A stretch of 64,000 nucleotides of DNA from a virus, in IMG/VR virus record IMGVR_UViG_3300009788_000088. The stretch is one strand, 5' to 3'. The notes below the pieces were generated by a model. That model did no database searches. It was not told where the DNA came from and worked only from the letters and a program-made list of their open reading frames with translations. Positions 25,053 through 34,728 of the stretch are shown here, one piece after another (position 1 is the first letter of the stretch; the number at the start of each line of letters is the position of its first letter). The position numbers were made by a program, and so were the translations under genes.

Positions 25053-25132
25053 CAAAATGAAGCCCCTGAATAATGACAAATCAGGGGCTTCTGTGGGCTT
25101 TTAGACCCGTGAAAGGAGGTAGCCGTATAGCT
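25053..25132 (-). ncRNA. candidate late sRNA containing an anti-Shine-Dalgarno sequence
   Basis: Late promoter 25138-25145, GGCTACCTCCTTTC, then terminator; no ORF. Confidence 0.55.
25054..25091 (-). terminator. intrinsic terminator
   Basis: GAAGCCCCTGA/TCAGGGGCTTC stem then ATTTT. Confidence 0.7.
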
Positions 25133-25137
25133 ATAAG

Positions 25138-25145
25138 TATTTATA
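25138..25145 (-). promoter_or_regulatory. late promoter TATAAATA(CTTA)
   Basis: Exact consensus. Confidence 0.8.
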
Positions 25146-26015
25146 TTATTTCTTCTCTCCCCAAGATACTTTAAGCCATTCCTGTTCTAATTTTCTCATA
25201 GTGACTTTATCGGGGAAAGCATCCTGATAATATTTTCCTTTGGTAAGTTTGAGTGTTTTTATGATATCCTTACCGATAGGATTCCTTAAAGGAGCGGTGA
25301 TAAATGAAGCCCCCACCTTCCGGAGTTGTTTCAATTCAACCTCTACCTGTGGGTTAGTTGGATCACCCAGATCAATCATGGCATCAACCTCTTTAAAATG
25401 CTTACCGAAAAGTTTATCATATTTTCCAGTCAAAGCCATTTTGTTGATTTGTTCCCACGTATCCCGAAGCATTTTTTTATCAACTGTCCGGTAACGTTCT
25501 TCATTCCTCTTTAACGAAGTTTCAAGGTCCACGTTAATGAACACCCCAGATACGTCATATCCAATCTTTTCTAAAAACTCTTTTTGTTTATTGAGGCGGC
25601 CGGGGTTTTTCCCGGTTCCATCAATGATGATAGGAAACATTCCATTAACCCAGAAAGCAAATCGCTTGGACGTGAGAGGTTTCACCCTTTGCTCTCTATA
25701 ATCCCGAATTTCTGGGCGATTCATATAATCCGCCGTAAAAACCTTCCCCAACTTCCCAGCCTTCACATCCCGCATAAGCTGAAGTACCTGACGGGTATCA
25801 GCCAAGTGATTAGGATTTCCGGTGATATAGTTGTTGAACAAAACCATTTCAAAAATATCATCAGAGTTAAGCGTTACCGCTCCCATACCCCCAAACATCT
25901 TACTAGAGAAAAAAGATTTTCCAGACCCCGGAGCACCTACCATAAAAACGGCCTTGAACAGATTCTTATCATTGATGGACTCTGTATAAAATTGTGAAAA
26001 AGTTACCAGTTCCAT
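25146..26015 (-). CDS. Zeta-toxin-like P-loop kinase, probable internal head protein
   Basis: GAPGSGKS, NSD, IIDGTG, RNxxR; TFSQFYTES N-terminus. Confidence 0.7.
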   Translation of the reverse strand: MELVTFSQFYTESINDKNLFKAVFMVGAPGSGKSFFSSKMFGGMGAVTLNSDDIFEMVLFNNYITGNPNHLADTRQVLQLMRDVKAGKLGKVFTADYMNRPEIRDYREQRVKPLTSKRFAFWVNGMFPIIIDGTGKNPGRLNKQKEFLEKIGYDVSGVFINVDLETSLKRNEERYRTVDKKMLRDTWEQINKMALTGKYDKLFGKHFKEVDAMIDLGDPTNPQVEVELKQLRKVGASFITAPLRNPIGKDIIKTLKLTKGKYYQDAFPDKVTMRKLEQEWLKVSWGEKK

Positions 26016-26016
26016 G

Positions 26017-26535
26017 TTACACTCCTTCGGGGGTTGGGGTGTTAAACTCTTCCCAAATTCTTCTAGCCAACTTTAGTGCCTTATCATACCCGGTCTGTTT
26101 CTTCAGACCTGTGAAATGGTTAGAACGGGGTATCGTTTCCCAATTTCCATAATGCTTCTTCCGGTTGACCATCATCTTTACCTGTGCTGGGTCATACCTG
26201 AGAGTTTTCTTCTCATCAACACCCATTAAAACATAATATGCTAATTTGTTGAGTGATTTCTGATATTGTTCCGGGATGGTCAAATCTACAATCTTAGCGT
26301 TCCAACCTTTCCCTATCTCAACCCACCCGTGGTTAATTCTCATACCACTGGGACCAAGCATGGTCACCTGTCCGTTAACAAGAGTCATTTTCTTATGGTC
26401 ATCGAAATGCGATATCATATACATGACGGCGCACTCAAAACACTGACCAAGCCACCTCTTCTTAGACTTCAATTCTCTTTTTATATCATCCTTGTAAAAG
26501 GATGGTACGGCTGAGAAGGCTTCCCTTAATTTCAT
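26017..26535 (-). CDS. putative papain/transglutaminase-fold protein
   Basis: GQCFECA...HGWVE...IVDLT (Cys-His-Asp). Confidence 0.5.
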   Translation of the reverse strand: MKLREAFSAVPSFYKDDIKRELKSKKRWLGQCFECAVMYMISHFDDHKKMTLVNGQVTMLGPSGMRINHGWVEIGKGWNAKIVDLTIPEQYQKSLNKLAYYVLMGVDEKKTLRYDPAQVKMMVNRKKHYGNWETIPRSNHFTGLKKQTGYDKALKLARRIWEEFNTPTPEGV

Positions 26536-26801
26536 GCGGCTTGTCTCTTCCAACCCACCCCACCCATTTTAGTCCTGATGTCAGCCGCAATATTTTTTTC
26601 TTCAGGAGTTTGGGGATCACGCCTACCAAGCAAAAACTCCATGGCAAAATCAACATACTGCTTAGGAAGTTCTTGAATATACTGTTTCATTACATCTGAA
26701 AGTTTAAACGGGGTCGTCCAACTCTTCCCAGACCCCTTTCCACGAGATTGGTTTTTAGGCTTCTTGCCACGAGCTTCTTTGATAAATTCAGAGAATCGCA
26801 T
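26532..26801 (-). CDS. probable internal head protein
   Basis: MRFSEFIKEA capsid-targeting-like N-terminus. Confidence 0.6.
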   Translation of the reverse strand: MRFSEFIKEARGKKPKNQSRGKGSGKSWTTPFKLSDVMKQYIQELPKQYVDFAMEFLLGRRDPQTPEEKNIAADIRTKMGGVGWKRQAA

Positions 26802-27050
26802 TTAATCCTCCTTAACAATGTTTACAAAAAGGTCCATCTTCAGAAGGACATCAAGTTCCTTCATCTTGATAGAGAATTCCTTTTCCTTTTCTTCGTCTGT
26901 TAGGACATACTGTTCATCTACCGTTGTCACGATATACTTACCGGGTTCAATCCTATCCCCCGTATCAGATGAATAAAAGGATTTAAAATTTATAATAGTC
27001 CCGTCTGAAATCGCTTCTTCGTTCAGTTCTACCGCATTGTAAAATTTCAT
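26802..27050 (-). CDS. probable internal head protein
   Basis: MKFYNAVELNEEA N-terminus. Confidence 0.55.
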   Translation of the reverse strand: MKFYNAVELNEEAISDGTIINFKSFYSSDTGDRIEPGKYIVTTVDEQYVLTDEEKEKEFSIKMKELDVLLKMDLFVNIVKED

Positions 27051-27748
27051 TACAGATTCCTTTTATTACCAATAGCAAAACCAAATGACATTGCCATATC
27101 AATGAGTTTTCGAATTGGTAAATCAATCATAAGAACATGAGTCATGATATCCGGATCGATAAGCATAGCCGACAGATACCTATGATGTCCATCAATGAGA
27201 TGACCACTCTTACTGACCACGGACACAGACCTGTTTTCAATATTACTTTTGCGGGTTGCTATACCTTCATCCTTGGCTACCCTCATGGCTATATCTAAAT
27301 ATATCTGGGACTGGATAGGAGTTATATCCTTGACCTTCATCTTCGTCCGTATTACCTTTATCTGATCATCTTTAATAGAACCATCTTTTAAACCACGCAT
27401 CAAGAACTTCCCGGCCGATGCCGCCGTGAACATATCCGGGAACAAATTTTTCTGATCAGTGCCCGGAGCAAACGGTTTCTTATGGTCTATACGTCCAGCT
27501 TCAATATCCTTCTTAAACCGTGGGGTATCCACTGTGTTAACAACTGGCATATCTTTACGCTTGGTCCAACCCTTCTTAACCTTACGGTTAGCCAGTTGCC
27601 AATTCTGTTTGAAATTGATAATCTCTTTCTCAATATCCATACCAACAGAATTTAGGTAAGTTACCACTTCCTGATAACTCATTTTCCCAAAGTCATATTT
27701 CCCGGCGGTATGACTCGCTCCGACCTTGACAGCCTCGTTGAATTTCAT
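27050..27748 (-). CDS. ParB/Srx-like domain protein, probable internal head protein
   Basis: PIQSQI...IDGHHRY; MKFNEA start; late promoter upstream. Confidence 0.7.
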   Translation of the reverse strand: MKFNEAVKVGASHTAGKYDFGKMSYQEVVTYLNSVGMDIEKEIINFKQNWQLANRKVKKGWTKRKDMPVVNTVDTPRFKKDIEAGRIDHKKPFAPGTDQKNLFPDMFTAASAGKFLMRGLKDGSIKDDQIKVIRTKMKVKDITPIQSQIYLDIAMRVAKDEGIATRKSNIENRSVSVVSKSGHLIDGHHRYLSAMLIDPDIMTHVLMIDLPIRKLIDMAMSFGFAIGNKRNL

Positions 27749-27785
27749 TTAAACAAACCTCCGGTAAAGGTGTTAGTATTACAAG

Positions 27786-27793
27786 TATTTATA
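27786..27793 (-). promoter_or_regulatory. late promoter TATAAATA(CTT)
   Basis: Exact consensus. Confidence 0.8.
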
Positions 27794-27802
27794 ATGTTGG
27801 GG

Positions 27803-29386
27803 TTAAATTGTGCCTTTGAAGGAATACTTGAATCCCTGCTTGTTATAAATCGCAAGTCTGTCCTCAAAATGTCTAGTCCCAAAGGAGGTGATTCCAAGAT
27901 TATCCCAAATGTCAATCAAAATGGCCCGATCCTTGTTATCATACAATCGGATACCCCGGCCAATAGACTGAACTACTCGGATACTGGACTTGGAGGGAGT
28001 GGCAAACATGACATGGTGGAGATTAGGAATGTTGATCCCGGTGCTAAACGTTTCATAAGATGCTACCAAGATATTGTTGGTGGTCTTTTTCATCAGATCA
28101 ATGATCTTCTGGCGGACCTCTTGATCAATCTTCCCACATACAAATAAAACGTTACGATCCGGGAACTTCATGTTTAAATATTCATGAAGGTTTTTACCGT
28201 GTTTGTTGCCGCTGAACAGGACAAGAGTGTTCGTATCTTGAGTAACATAATTACTCAAAACCTGATAAATTTTTGGGAACCTGTAAGGGGGTAACTCTTC
28301 TCGGAGAAATTTATATTCTTGTCGATAATTCTTGACAAGTTTCCGACGATACGCTACTATAGTATTCCTGTACTCAAATTCATAAGCATCAATTTCCAAC
28401 GGAACCACATGGCCTTCATCCATCATCTCTTTCATAGTAGTTCCGGTAAACTCCGGTCCAATGAATCCGATAATGTTCTGGCGGGTTAATTCATCCTCTG
28501 GAAATGTCCCAGTCAAACCATAACGAAAACTGGCATTCGACATAAGTTTAAGCATATCAGTGATAGCGGATGATTCTTTAGACCCAATATGAACTTCATC
28601 TACCATCACACAATCAACCTGACGGAAGAACTCTGGGTTGCCCTTGTTAATAATCCACTTCCCGGTTTTCTTCTCCCGGCGCTCAGTTGGTATAAATGAC
28701 TGTAAACTCTGCCACGTGGATACAACGATATTACTCATATGTTCCTTGGGATTCCCAAAGAATATCTTATGAAGTTCCCTATCATACCCATAGTCATAAA
28801 AATCCCCAGCCATCTGATTAACAAGATTGATTGTGGGCACTATGATAAGAGTTTGACGTTTCGTTATCTCCATGTAATTAGCCACAGCGTACATGACAGC
28901 CGATTTACCAGAGGATGTGGGAAGGGATATCGCACGGCGCTTGTTCCGGAGCATCTGATAGATAGCCTCATACTGATAATGTCGAACATCAGCATCACCC
29001 GGAAGATGAATCCCTAGACCATCCACATAGGCCAGAATGTCTCTCCGGTCTATGGGCATATGGTCCGCCGCTGGAAGCTCTATAGAGAACTTACCCAATC
29101 TGGCGAACTCTATCAGACGATCACGCTGACCAATAGGAAACAAACTTTGTTTAAAACTATACAAAGAAACGAAGCCATCCCAGATTTTGGCCTTGTACCG
29201 GGGCATATGCTTGTAATCAGGCGGACGCCAACTCATCCACTCACGAAGTGATTCCCGGATACCACGCTCAGCGTTTACCCGATAATAGACTTCGTTGTAT
29301 TTAATAACCTTTATATCAGGGGGCAATTTCGTCTGGGAGATCAATCCCAACCTTGCGTAGAATGTCCCTTGCCTGTTGCCCACCAT
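27803..29386 (-). CDS. uvsW: UvsW SF2 helicase (true start possibly TTG at 29326)
   Basis: PTSSGKS, DEVH, GLTGT, QSIGRGIR, WDG N-terminal motif. Confidence 0.93.
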   Translation of the reverse strand: MVGNRQGTFYARLGLISQTKLPPDIKVIKYNEVYYRVNAERGIRESLREWMSWRPPDYKHMPRYKAKIWDGFVSLYSFKQSLFPIGQRDRLIEFARLGKFSIELPAADHMPIDRRDILAYVDGLGIHLPGDADVRHYQYEAIYQMLRNKRRAISLPTSSGKSAVMYAVANYMEITKRQTLIIVPTINLVNQMAGDFYDYGYDRELHKIFFGNPKEHMSNIVVSTWQSLQSFIPTERREKKTGKWIINKGNPEFFRQVDCVMVDEVHIGSKESSAITDMLKLMSNASFRYGLTGTFPEDELTRQNIIGFIGPEFTGTTMKEMMDEGHVVPLEIDAYEFEYRNTIVAYRRKLVKNYRQEYKFLREELPPYRFPKIYQVLSNYVTQDTNTLVLFSGNKHGKNLHEYLNMKFPDRNVLFVCGKIDQEVRQKIIDLMKKTTNNILVASYETFSTGINIPNLHHVMFATPSKSSIRVVQSIGRGIRLYDNKDRAILIDIWDNLGITSFGTRHFEDRLAIYNKQGFKYSFKGTI

Positions 29387-29525
29387 CTACCATCAATGGA
29401 GGCGTTTGATAGACTTGACCGGGAATGACTTTGGCCGGAGTGAAATGGGGTTGCCAGTTGTTCCGATCCCCATAAAATTTTAAAATTTCAACCAATAGAT
29501 TTGTTGTCGCCGTATCAATATCCAT
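29316..29525 (-). CDS. hypothetical protein
   Basis: AAGGAG SD. Confidence 0.55.
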   Translation of the reverse strand: MDIDTATTNLLVEILKFYGDRNNWQPHFTPAKVIPGQVYQTPPLMVDGGQQARDILRKVGIDLPDEIAP

Positions 29526-29536
29526 AACAATCTCCT

Positions 29537-29962
29537 TTAAATAATTCCTCCGCCAGCTTCAAATTTCTTCACACCTATCTCTGCTTTAATAAACCATATC
29601 CATCCGTCTAAAGTTTCAGTCTGGTTCTCTACGAATGTCATTTCTGTTTCTAAGAGATTGGTAGCATATTGTTGTTCTCTAACTGGTTCACTTCCTGCTA
29701 CAAATAATTTAAACTCATCTTGTGCCCCAAGTCTAAGAGGAGAGTTGGTTTTAAAATGTTTATGTGTTTCCATCTTCATCCTATCCAACTGTTTCTTTGA
29801 TTCGAAGAACTTTCCTTTCTTCAGAACGAATAGGGAAACTAGCTCATATCTTAACTTCAACAATCTTTCATATTCATCAATCAGGATTGTTCTATCAACA
29901 TTAAGCTTATCTTTCAAATATGGTTGAAGTTCGTTCATGGTTGTTGGAATTGATATTTTCAT
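29537..29962 (-). CDS. uvsY: recombination mediator UvsY
   Basis: Helical 141 aa, C-terminal KKFEAG, next to uvsW. Confidence 0.75.
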   Translation of the reverse strand: MKISIPTTMNELQPYLKDKLNVDRTILIDEYERLLKLRYELVSLFVLKKGKFFESKKQLDRMKMETHKHFKTNSPLRLGAQDEFKLFVAGSEPVREQQYATNLLETEMTFVENQTETLDGWIWFIKAEIGVKKFEAGGGII

Positions 29963-30045
29963 TTAACCTAATCCTTTTTTTTTTTCAAAAGTCCCGTACC
30001 AGAATATAAGTAGGACAATCTTTAATTCTAAACCTGTTATGGAGC

Positions 30046-30074
30046 ATTATACACAAAACCCAAAAAAATGTTAT
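30046..30074 (-). promoter_or_regulatory. putative middle promoter ATAACA-17-TATAAT
   Basis: Upstream of uvsY/uvsW. Confidence 0.6.
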
Positions 30075-30075
30075 C

Positions 30076-30120
30076 AAAAAAATGCCCCCAAGAATAGAAA
30101 GGTTCCGGGGGCATTTTCTT
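30076..30120. terminator. intrinsic terminator
   Basis: AAAATGCCCCC/GGGGGCATTTT stem flanked by A/T runs. Confidence 0.7.
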
Positions 30121-30141
30121 ATCAATTCGGGTGATATAGGA

Positions 30142-30513
30142 TTATTTTTCCTCTTCCTCTTCCTCTTCCTCTTCCTCATCCTCACCGTTTTTAGCATCTT
30201 TACCATTTTCCTTCTTCTTTTCCCCGATGTCCGGCTTGTCCTTGTCGGCATCTTCGCCGTCATCATCCTTCTCATCCTTTTCTTTCGCCTTGAATTGTTC
30301 GATGAGTCTGTTGATGTCGGAGATGTCTCGGCCTTCTTTAAGACCCAGCTTTGATTTGACAATTTTCGTGACGGTTCCATAGAACTTTTCGGATTCTTTG
30401 GATTCGTCATACGTTTTAGCGGCGGCTGTCTTAGCCTGTTCGTAATATTGCTCCGCTTTCTCCAGTGGTACTCCCGCCTTCTTCGCTAGGGCGGCTAGGG
30501 CTGGTGCTGGCAT
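30142..30513 (-). CDS. late protein with acidic tail
   Basis: AAGGAGGT SD; poly-Glu C-terminus. Confidence 0.7.
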   Translation of the reverse strand: MPAPALAALAKKAGVPLEKAEQYYEQAKTAAAKTYDESKESEKFYGTVTKIVKSKLGLKEGRDISDINRLIEQFKAKEKDEKDDDGEDADKDKPDIGEKKKENGKDAKNGEDEEEEEEEEEEK

Positions 30514-30525
30514 GATTATACCTCC

Positions 30526-31002
30526 TTATAATGGTTCCTGTGCGATTTCGAAATAAGAATATGAGAACGTGACAGTTCCAACGAAGACCGCCGTGTCCCG
30601 GTTATCCAACTGAAGGTCTGATAGTTGGGTGGGGTGAAGGTCAAAGAATCTGATTATGGTTAGAATGTTATTTTTATTACTATTGATAAACAGGTTTGCT
30701 GTGGTAGTTTTCGTCAAATCTCCATCCAAGTCGGCTGGGTTAACTGTACCATGCATCCATTTAAAAATTTCCAGATATGTTCCAATTCCTTCATCTACAT
30801 TATATTCCAAGGTTAGAGGACTGAAAGTCATTCTATCACCCGGAGCGGAGAACGTTCCCATTCTACCCGGCACCTTGACTTCAGGAAGGTCCACGCCGGG
30901 TAAGTTGACACTAACAATCCATATATTGAGCTTATCAAATTCGTTTGCTATGAATCGGTAATTTTGTCGGCTCTGACGGTCTAATTGATTTATTATGGAC
31001 AA
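30526..31002 (-). CDS. 3: tail tube terminator gp3-like
   Basis: VNLPG, PGD, F/YxVDE, YLEIFKWM, tube fold; divergent from gp2. Confidence 0.8.
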   Translation of the reverse strand: MSIINQLDRQSRQNYRFIANEFDKLNIWIVSVNLPGVDLPEVKVPGRMGTFSAPGDRMTFSPLTLEYNVDEGIGTYLEIFKWMHGTVNPADLDGDLTKTTTANLFINSNKNNILTIIRFFDLHPTQLSDLQLDNRDTAVFVGTVTFSYSYFEIAQEPL

Positions 31003-31020
31003 GGTGATTCTCCTTTGAAG

Positions 31021-31047
31021 TATTTATAACATCAGAGAATATAAATA
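31021..31047. promoter_or_regulatory. divergent pair of late promoters
   Basis: TATTTATA at 31021 (minus) and TATAAATA at 31040 (plus). Confidence 0.85.
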
Positions 31048-31072
31048 CTTAAAACTGTTATGATAAGGAGGA

Positions 31073-31810
31073 TTGATGCCCCCAAGACCAACGCCGAAGC
31101 CCCGCAGGAAATATGAGGCCCGGTATGTACAAGACCTGTCCAAATTGGGCAAATTTTTGGATCAGTCTATTGAATTCGTCGATAAGGCAAATCAATGGTA
31201 CACAAACATAGTTCTGGGCAATCGTAAACAGGTCAAGCCTTCACGGGTTACCCTGAGCAATATGTATTATTTTAAATACTTTGCAAAATATTATCATGAC
31301 GTGCGGAATGCTGATGGCACCCCACGGCTTCCATATTACGATCAGAACCCGCTCAGCATTATTATTGACTTCGATCCGAAGCATCAATTGTTCCTTGGAA
31401 TGAACGTTCATTACATTGCTCCAAGGAGGCGGTATGATTTTATTTATGATGCACTCCGGGTGAACGGGGCCAATATTTACACTCAGAAGCCTATCAATAT
31501 TCCATATGTGTGGGTCAAGCAGAGACATGCTGACCTTTTGGTAATGACTCATAAGTACATTCCCCAGAGGATGTCTCAGATAACCCGTATTCCACTTCTG
31601 GAATGGGAGAACGCCATTTATCTGGATAGTCCGAAGTGGATTGGAGCCACACAGAGCGAAGTTCTTATGCAAGCAAGACGCCAGCGGGAGAAGGTTGGGG
31701 TCAGAAGAAAGAGGAAGTTGGAGAAGCCGCCGGGAAGACCAACAGAACCAAAACGCCGTCCGACCGGAGCCCGTGGTACGAAGCGCCGTACTGTTAAAGG
31801 TACACGTTAA
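31073..31810 (+). CDS. 2: DNA end protector gp2
   Basis: YxAKY...LPYYDxxP...GxNxHY. Confidence 0.88.
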   Translation: MMPPRPTPKPRRKYEARYVQDLSKLGKFLDQSIEFVDKANQWYTNIVLGNRKQVKPSRVTLSNMYYFKYFAKYYHDVRNADGTPRLPYYDQNPLSIIIDFDPKHQLFLGMNVHYIAPRRRYDFIYDALRVNGANIYTQKPINIPYVWVKQRHADLLVMTHKYIPQRMSQITRIPLLEWENAIYLDSPKWIGATQSEVLMQARRQREKVGVRRKRKLEKPPGRPTEPKRRPTGARGTKRRTVKGTR

Positions 31811-32334
31811 TGAAATTAGATAATCCATATCCATTCGATAGAAGTAGTCAGGGTAACTCCAAGAATTGGGGGAGGCGTAGAGTCGCCGCCAAGTACAGTG
31901 GAGATATGACTTTTGAAATCTTCTTCAAGGCTGGTCCTATTGATTTGGTTGGTACGGTCGCTATGGAATTTCTGTTTGGACTCAAGCTAGGTCACATCTA
32001 CTATCACGAAGTTGGTGTCCGTGGAAATGGAAGGTGGGATCGAACCAAGTATAATGGACAAGGAGTAGCCATCAGGGTTTATTCTACCATTATATCATTC
32101 ATGAATTTTATAAGTGAAAAGGAAGAGGTTGACGCTTTCCATTTCACTGGCCGGGACGTGGCTCAACAAAACATCTTAGATAATATCGTGGCGGAAACTG
32201 AGGTTCACTGGCCGGGATTTGTGTTCGTGGATTCATTAATTATATCCAATGGAGATAAAGTTTACCTTATGTGTAAAGAATCAATCATGAAAAACCAACA
32301 ATCGAATCTTCTGGAATACGTGGAGAACATGTAA
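31810..32334 (+). CDS. hypothetical protein
   Basis: Translationally coupled ORF. Confidence 0.65.
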   Translation: MKLDNPYPFDRSSQGNSKNWGRRRVAAKYSGDMTFEIFFKAGPIDLVGTVAMEFLFGLKLGHIYYHEVGVRGNGRWDRTKYNGQGVAIRVYSTIISFMNFISEKEEVDAFHFTGRDVAQQNILDNIVAETEVHWPGFVFVDSLIISNGDKVYLMCKESIMKNQQSNLLEYVENM

Positions 32335-32825
32335 TGGGGTTGAAGAGGTTTAAACAATTCATTATTGAACAGGATGTTCAGAAGGTTGGAAAATTCCGTA
32401 TTACATCTGACATCAAACATCTAAGTCGGGGTGAATGGGATGTTATGCTCAAGGCCGCCCGGATTGTTGGCCAGAAGCTTAAAGGAAAGATCAAGGTTGT
32501 GGCCAGTGGGGATATCATCATAGGATACCCCGAAGATTACATCCCGGAACAAAAGCAACATAAGACTGTCTATGGTGGTGTTTACGTGGTGAAGGATGAT
32601 AAAATTGTTATCTTCCAACATTACCTCCGTGACGTGAATTCACTGGTAGAACTCCTTCTCCATGAGCTTGGTCATAGACATTGGCACAAGTTTCTTGGAG
32701 CTAAAAAACGGGCATACTGGCAAGAGGCACATGGCAGTGAACGTGCGGCCCGTGAAGAATATGCTAATCAATTTGCAGATAGTATGAGAGGTGGTTTTAC
32801 ATTTAGTGGGGTTGTGAAGTCATAA
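32334..32825 (+). CDS. putative zincin metallopeptidase, probable internal head protein
   Basis: HELGH plus EEYA; KRFKQFIIE N-terminus. Confidence 0.65.
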   Translation: MGLKRFKQFIIEQDVQKVGKFRITSDIKHLSRGEWDVMLKAARIVGQKLKGKIKVVASGDIIIGYPEDYIPEQKQHKTVYGGVYVVKDDKIVIFQHYLRDVNSLVELLLHELGHRHWHKFLGAKKRAYWQEAHGSERAAREEYANQFADSMRGGFTFSGVVKS

Positions 32826-32829
32826 CGTT

Positions 32830-32837
32830 TATAAATA
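32830..32837 (+). promoter_or_regulatory. late promoter
   Basis: TATAAATA before portal. Confidence 0.8.
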
Positions 32838-32866
32838 TTTAAAAGATCGACAATAAAGGGAAAATT

Positions 32867-34498
32867 ATGTCCGGATTACTCCGTAAGATGATGTTCAAAT
32901 TTAAAGGTAGTACCCGTGCTGATGTGGTCTCCCAGACTACAGAGGTGGGGTTTACTGAAGAAGAACTGAATCTATATGCTCCACCTGAGTGGCATACATT
33001 CCGCCAGACCATGGGTGGAATGACCACAAAGACCAACAAAATCAATTACCCGAAACTCATCAAGACATGGCGGCAAATGTCAGAGATGGCAGAGGTTGAA
33101 GATGCTATTGAAGAGATTACTAATGAAGCTGTGGTGATGGATGATGAACGGGATATCATTGATATCACTTTCACCGAAGATGACAAAAACAAACTCTCCG
33201 AAGAAGATAAGAAAAAGATCGAATTGGAGTGGGGCCGTGTCAAGAAGCTTTTAAGTATTAACCGTAAGTTGGATGAACTCTTCCGACAGGCTTATATTGA
33301 TGGTGCCTTATATTTAGAGAATGTTTATTATTTGGATGATCTCAAGAAGGGTATTATCAAACTCAACCTTCTGGCTCCCCACCACATGGAAATTTTTTAT
33401 GATCAGGATGGGAGACGGTATTTCAAGTATACACCAGTGGCGGACAACAAAGCCACGGCCGCTTACCGTCGGGAAGATTCCTACATTCTCGATGATAATT
33501 TAGTTACTTTCGTGTCCATGGGATATTGGAACATTGATAAAACTGTTCCTTTATCCTTCCTGAATAGGTCTGTTCGTGTTGCTAACCAGTTGAGGATGAT
33601 GGAGGATGCTCTTGTCATTTACAGGATGGTTCGGGCACCTGAGCGGAGAGCTTTTTATATAGATGTTGGAAAGATGCCCAAAGCGAAAGCCGAACAACAT
33701 ATTCAGAATCTAGCAAACAAATATCGCAACACAAAAATTTACAACACGTCTACAGGGGAAATAGAGACGGCCAAGTTGACATTAGCCGCAGTTGAGGATT
33801 TCTGGCTTCCTCGACGTGAGGGTAAGGGAACTGAGATTGAAACTCTTCAGGGTGGACAAGCTCTTGGTGAGACGGATGATATTGTATACTTCCTTAAGAA
33901 GTTATACAAGACTTTAAAGGTTCCTAGCGGCCGTCTGAGTGCAGAATCAATTTTTGTGGGTTCACGGACTACAGAAATTACCCGTGAGGAATTACGGTTC
34001 TATAAGTTCATACAAAAACTTCGTCGTATGTTCAATATTGTATTCATAGACATCATCAAGAAGAACCTTATTATCACTGGGAAGATGTCACAACATGATT
34101 GGAATAAAGTAGAAGACTTTATTACATTTGACTGGGCATCTGACAACCGCTTCAGTGAGATGACAAAACTAGAGGTCATGACAGAACGGATGAATGTGGT
34201 CTCAAGTGCGGATGGGTATTTAGGACGTTACTTCTCCAGACAGTATATTATGATGGAACTTTTAAATTTTACAGAAGAAGATATCAAAGAAATGGACGAG
34301 CAAATTGAACAGGAGATTAGCGATGGTTGGATTGAAGGAGCGAGTCCTGATGATGAAGATGGAGGAGGGTTTGATGAACCTGAATTCAAGTCCGATAAAC
34401 CACCACCCGGTCAACAACCGCAAGAAATAGAACCCACACCAATAAGTCCCCCGCCGAAAGAACCCGAAAAAAAGGCGGGGGGTAACCAAGGAGGCTAG
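32867..34498 (+). CDS. 20: portal protein gp20
   Basis: RAPERRxFYIDVG, EDFWLPRREG, ITREEL. Confidence 0.97.
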   Translation: MSGLLRKMMFKFKGSTRADVVSQTTEVGFTEEELNLYAPPEWHTFRQTMGGMTTKTNKINYPKLIKTWRQMSEMAEVEDAIEEITNEAVVMDDERDIIDITFTEDDKNKLSEEDKKKIELEWGRVKKLLSINRKLDELFRQAYIDGALYLENVYYLDDLKKGIIKLNLLAPHHMEIFYDQDGRRYFKYTPVADNKATAAYRREDSYILDDNLVTFVSMGYWNIDKTVPLSFLNRSVRVANQLRMMEDALVIYRMVRAPERRAFYIDVGKMPKAKAEQHIQNLANKYRNTKIYNTSTGEIETAKLTLAAVEDFWLPRREGKGTEIETLQGGQALGETDDIVYFLKKLYKTLKVPSGRLSAESIFVGSRTTEITREELRFYKFIQKLRRMFNIVFIDIIKKNLIITGKMSQHDWNKVEDFITFDWASDNRFSEMTKLEVMTERMNVVSSADGYLGRYFSRQYIMMELLNFTEEDIKEMDEQIEQEISDGWIEGASPDDEDGGGFDEPEFKSDKPPPGQQPQEIEPTPISPPPKEPEKKAGGNQGG

Positions 34499-34500
34499 TT

Positions 34501-34680
34501 ATGAAAAAAAGAGAAATGCTTAAACACGTCGTTAACGGAGAGATGTCCGATTTTAAGGATACCTTCAATCAGGAAGTTGATTCCAGAGTTGGGCAGGAAT
34601 CTGCCATGATTCGGGATAATGTAAGAGCAGAGTTTGGTAACGCTCCGGCTGGCGATGGTGGCAACGGAGAAGATGAGTAA
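34501..34680 (+). CDS. 67: prohead core protein gp67-like (59 aa)
   Basis: Small acidic ORF directly after portal; read manually. Confidence 0.55.
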   Translation: MKKREMLKHVVNGEMSDFKDTFNQEVDSRVGQESAMIRDNVRAEFGNAPAGDGGNGEDE

Positions 34681-34686
34681 AAGTAT

Positions 34687-34694
34687 TATAAATA
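34687..34694 (+). promoter_or_regulatory. late promoter TATAAATACTTAAAA
   Basis: Consensus before sheath. Confidence 0.85.
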
Positions 34695-34728
34695 CTTAAA
34701 AACCAGCCCAAGTTAAAGGAGAAGAGTA

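Noticed and set aside
70-31000. Many plus-strand ORFs opposite the minus-strand genes, and minus-strand ORFs opposite structural genes further on
   Set aside because: Antisense shadows with no SD or motifs, overlapping well-supported genes or tRNAs.
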